Shown here: positions 60,201 through 63,973 of the stretch, in pieces
How the letters are laid out: every line of letters starts with the position of its first letter
Position numbering within the stretch: the stretch's first letter is position 1
NCBI RefSeq assembly: GCF_000143415.4
Contig: NW_003314280.1
Span: 987,663 to 1,051,635, forward strand
Source of the DNA: Selaginella moellendorffii
Lineage: Eukaryota > Plantae > Lycopodiophyta
DNA length: 63,973 bases
Direction: 5' to 3'
Notes under the pieces: model-generated
Seen by the model: only the letters and a program-made list of their open reading frames with translations
Told to the model about the DNA's origin: nothing
The model's database searches: none
Made by a program: the position numbers and the translations under genes

Positions 60201-63200
60201 CATCTATAGCAAAACATAACTCACTTCATAACAAGCACAAGATGAATCATCAATGATCGATATATCCAACTAAAATCCAACAAGGATTCAATCACTTCAA
60301 TATCAATCACTAACTCTTCCTCTCGTAGAGTTAACATAGTCCATGACTCAAATCACTTTTCAAGGAAAAGCCAAAGCTCAACCATGACTATCAATCTCGT
60401 CTAAAACACAACTAATTCAACTTGCCACTCAGTTCATTTGAACGTCAATATAGTTGCTAACTAGCAAATGCGTGAATGCTAATAACACAAAGCTACAACT
60501 AGATCATCAACACTATCTCTATCGAGAGTAATGAAACTCAATATCAATCCTAAGGATAGACATCTCATCTCACTTGAATCTTAACATTAATAATGTTAAT
60601 AACAGGGCATCACTTCAATGTCATCAACACCATAACAGAGCTAAAAGAAAGCACGAGTGAATCACCACCCAAAACTCTCTTGCAACCAAGCTAATGTCGA
60701 AGATACTATATTTAGTATCCGAGATCAATCCTTTAGCAAAACTCAATTACAGATAACACTTCCTCAAGGAGTGAATCACCACATCCAAGACTCAATGAAA
60801 TCTAATACTAAGAACTAAATGCAACCAAATAATATCGACAAAAGTAGAGTCGACATGCTAACATGAAAAACCCATATAAGACTAACGACACAATCCTCCA
60901 CAACACCATCCGGTAAAGCAAACCCATCACTGATAAATCTTCATCAAGTGAAGCAAGTGTCAACAATCCTCAACAAAGTCTACAAATAATCATTAGTCAC
61001 AAAGCAACCAATAATCATTTTTCAACTTGCTTTCCCAAGAACCAAACACCAAACTCATGCCACTAAGTTATATGCTTGGCCAACATAAACGTAATACCCC
61101 AAGTACGAGATAAAGGTTCATGGACAAGCACAAACTAAATGACCACTCAAATCCAACTCAACGGCAATAAGTTCACTAATGCATTTAGCCAACAGCTCTG
61201 AGCATGCCTTGAAGAAGCTAGCTATGCATGATCAACACTCAGTCGAAACTAAAGTGAAGACTATGAGATGAACTCATATCGGTACACAACCTCCACTTAG
61301 ACAAAGCTATAGTATGGGTACCAACATCTCAACTGACAACAACTAAGTTGGACATCACCATCCTCAACTAAGGCGCAAAGACACCAAGACCAAATCAAGA
61401 TCAGTGAGAGCTTATTACTCTCATAGAGTTTAATGAAATGCAAGGTGCAACCTACCACCAAGTATAATACTATAGAAGAAAGGCACAAGGGTTACCCTTC
61501 TTAGAAAAGTGCAACGCCCACTCTTCTACATCAACTCTAGACTCTATCCAACTCAATTGCCTTAGCCCCAAAAGTCAGCATCCTTTTCGGGCCACATCAT
61601 ATAAACTACCTACTAAGATCTAAGCTAACCGAAGTCAACTTCAACCCCTTCACTAGTTTGTATCAGCTTATGAAAACGGAATGGTGTTCGGGCAAAGTGA
61701 TCAATAAATTAGCCATTAGAAAAGTTTAAGAAAATTTGCGGAAAACTTTCCATCCCAGAGAAAGAATGACTCTCAATTTAGGAATACAAACTTCCAAACT
61801 TCCTCCTACTAACAACTTCACATAGGTTCACCTCAACACAAATTCTCATGACCCATAGTATGCTTAAGCCTTGAACATCTTTTGCCCATACTTCCGACAT
61901 CCAACTCCGACATCCGCAAAAATGCAAAATGAACATCTAAGGCTTGATCACGAAGACCACATCTTCAGTGGCAGGTTGCACCTTGCATTTTGTTAAGACT
62001 CTATAAGAGTAGTGAGCTCTCACTGATTGCACTAACACTTTTCTTCAACCACCTTCAAGATCCAATGTGAAGATAAAACACTAACAAGAAAAATGACATG
62101 GAAAATCAAGCTCTAAGGAAAATTCCTCATCACTTAAAATAACAATACCACTTCTACTAACACTAGTGCCAGTGATGTCAATGCCTCAACTATGCATCTT
62201 CTTTATCCAATAATCTACTCCAAGTGTTAACAGATCAACTGACAAGCTATAGCAAATGAATATTACAACCTTTTTCTAACACCTTATGGGCAAACTCAAG
62301 GAAATAAGGTACCAACATAAGCTTAGCATAATTGGACCACTATTGAGAATCAAGTCAAAACTACTACAATGCTACTTTATGTAAGTAGACTAGCGTCACC
62401 ATCAACCACTTTGGGGTTGATCATCGTTTAACTAAGCAACTTCATAAACACATTGCTCACTATCACATATATATGATATAAGTATCACAATGACTTGATC
62501 ATCAATTGAGCAACACCATGAGTAACACCCACGTCATTACTTCAAAGGTTTATATGAGTATCAAATGTCAACTCGACTCGACAAAATGCAACATAAATGC
62601 CACACTCCACCAATAGAGATTTACAACACCTAACACCACTAACTTTTATTCACAACATGGACAAGCTCATGTGACTTTCTTTCCGACTAAACTCAAAACT
62701 AATCCAACATCAAGCTACTCAAGGAGCAATAGCAAGGTTCCCCGGAAAAGAATTGAGCATTGCAACCCAAATTTTCTAATAACAAGCTTAGACAAAATGA
62801 TATAGCATTTCACCGCTATCCATCCCATAACTCACCATTTGTAAGACCATTATTTCCAACATGCATCAAGGTAGGGACTCTTGATTGCATAATGTGAACA
62901 TGAGCAATGAGTCACACCTCGTTGCAAATCATCTCTCAAAAAAGAGAAGATGATTTACATATTTGATCCTTAGTCCCCGATGACTCTCTTTTCGGTCTCA
63001 TCTTTGACCAAACCTCAAGCTTGCATTTGCACTACATTCAGTCCAATCCAAGAAAAGTTTATGAGAGAGCACAACAATATCTACTTGAACCAATAGATTA
63101 ATCCTTATAGTCTTAATTGATCCACTTATAAACATGCCTAGGAAGGATCCACTAGTGCTGTGCTAAACAGCTATGGACCAACTTATTTGCCACTCATAGC

Positions 63201-63973
63201 AAACCTAGGGAAGGTTTACTTTAACTCATGGTACATGGAACAACTCACGAAACCATTAGAACAACTCATAGAACCACTGATAGGCTATTATTAATCCTGC
63301 CAACTCAAAGCGTAACCTCAAGTTGCTAATGCGCCTCACTCACGAGCCCAAGCACAAACTCGTGCAAAATGGTACAACTCAATCCCTCTTATGAGCCCAA
63401 AAGCAAGCTCACATTATCACGGTAAAACAAGGTAACCAAATCCATACCCAAGGAACAAATGTGAAGCCTTTGCACCCAAACGTGTACCCCTCAGATCATC
63501 ATTTTCATCTCTGTGTATGCAACGAGACTAGTTGCCCAATCTCATTGGATAATACTCGCCAAGACTCATCCTTTGATACCAAATGTAGCGCACATGGTTT
63601 TGACCCTTTATCCTATGGTGATTTACCATAGGATAACACCACAAAGCAGAACCTAAACCCTCCATGTGCCACGTGTCCATAGGACAGTGGTGTGGAACCC
63701 ATGGTTTAGGGCTTTGGGCCACTGAATGAAGGGATGGTGCCAAACTCCCAAGCATGAAGCCAAGGAGTGTCGGAACCGAACCATGGAGCAACTCTCAATC
63801 ATACAGCCCAAGGAGCAAAGGGATAGGAGCCCGGAGCAACTTGGAATAGTCCTGGAGCAACCAACATCCCAATGCTAGGACTAGCACGCAAAATGGAGAT
63901 AAACGGAGTCTGGTGCTATTTTGGCATACCGGTGGCCTAACGTACGGATATGGGTACTCCACCAGCAAGCATG
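54224..63973 (-). mobile_element. Tandem array of family B elements sharing LTRs: LTR(..54754)-internal-LTR(58963-60096)-internal-LTR(63584..)
   Basis: PPT (rc ctctcccccct) after 54754 and 60096. PBS (rc tttgatacca) before 58963 and 63584. Interiors are homologous and non-coding. Confidence 0.9.

Overview
Eukaryotic plant genomic DNA. Very short 45-110 bp introns, GC-rich exons, many PLS-class PPR genes and Ty3/gypsy LTR elements suggest a lycophyte such as Selaginella, but this is an inference. The window has three zones. (1) 1-7562 is a decayed minus-strand Ty3/gypsy chromovirus (family A): gag with CCHC, protease, RT, RNase H, integrase and chromodomain, an iMet PBS and a PPT. It has an internally inverted RT segment, a partly duplicated 3' LTR and a deleted 5' LTR. 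(2) About 11.6-39.9 kb is a gene island. It holds an intact NPF/PTR transporter convergent with a truncated paralog, an M3A oligopeptidase plus a 5' partial copy, and a small secreted peptide. It also holds a GASA/snakin pseudogene, two abutting long PLS-E PPR units, two tandem GFA/CENP-V genes, and many gene fragments (CYP72-clan P450, PPRs, SR45a-like, GH81, CACTA/CMC transposase, SWIM). (3) About 40.2-64 kb is a nest of LTR elements: a degenerate gypsy (family C) and a non-coding LARD-like family B, present as a solo LTR, an inverted pair and a tandem array sharing LTRs. The most notable observation is a ~250-nt multi-hairpin RNA module with two tRNA T-arm/B-box mimics. It occurs in the 3' non-coding region of both family A (1915-2165) and family C (45164-45390) and shows several compensatory base changes. 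All calls come from reading the sequence by eye; no searches were run.
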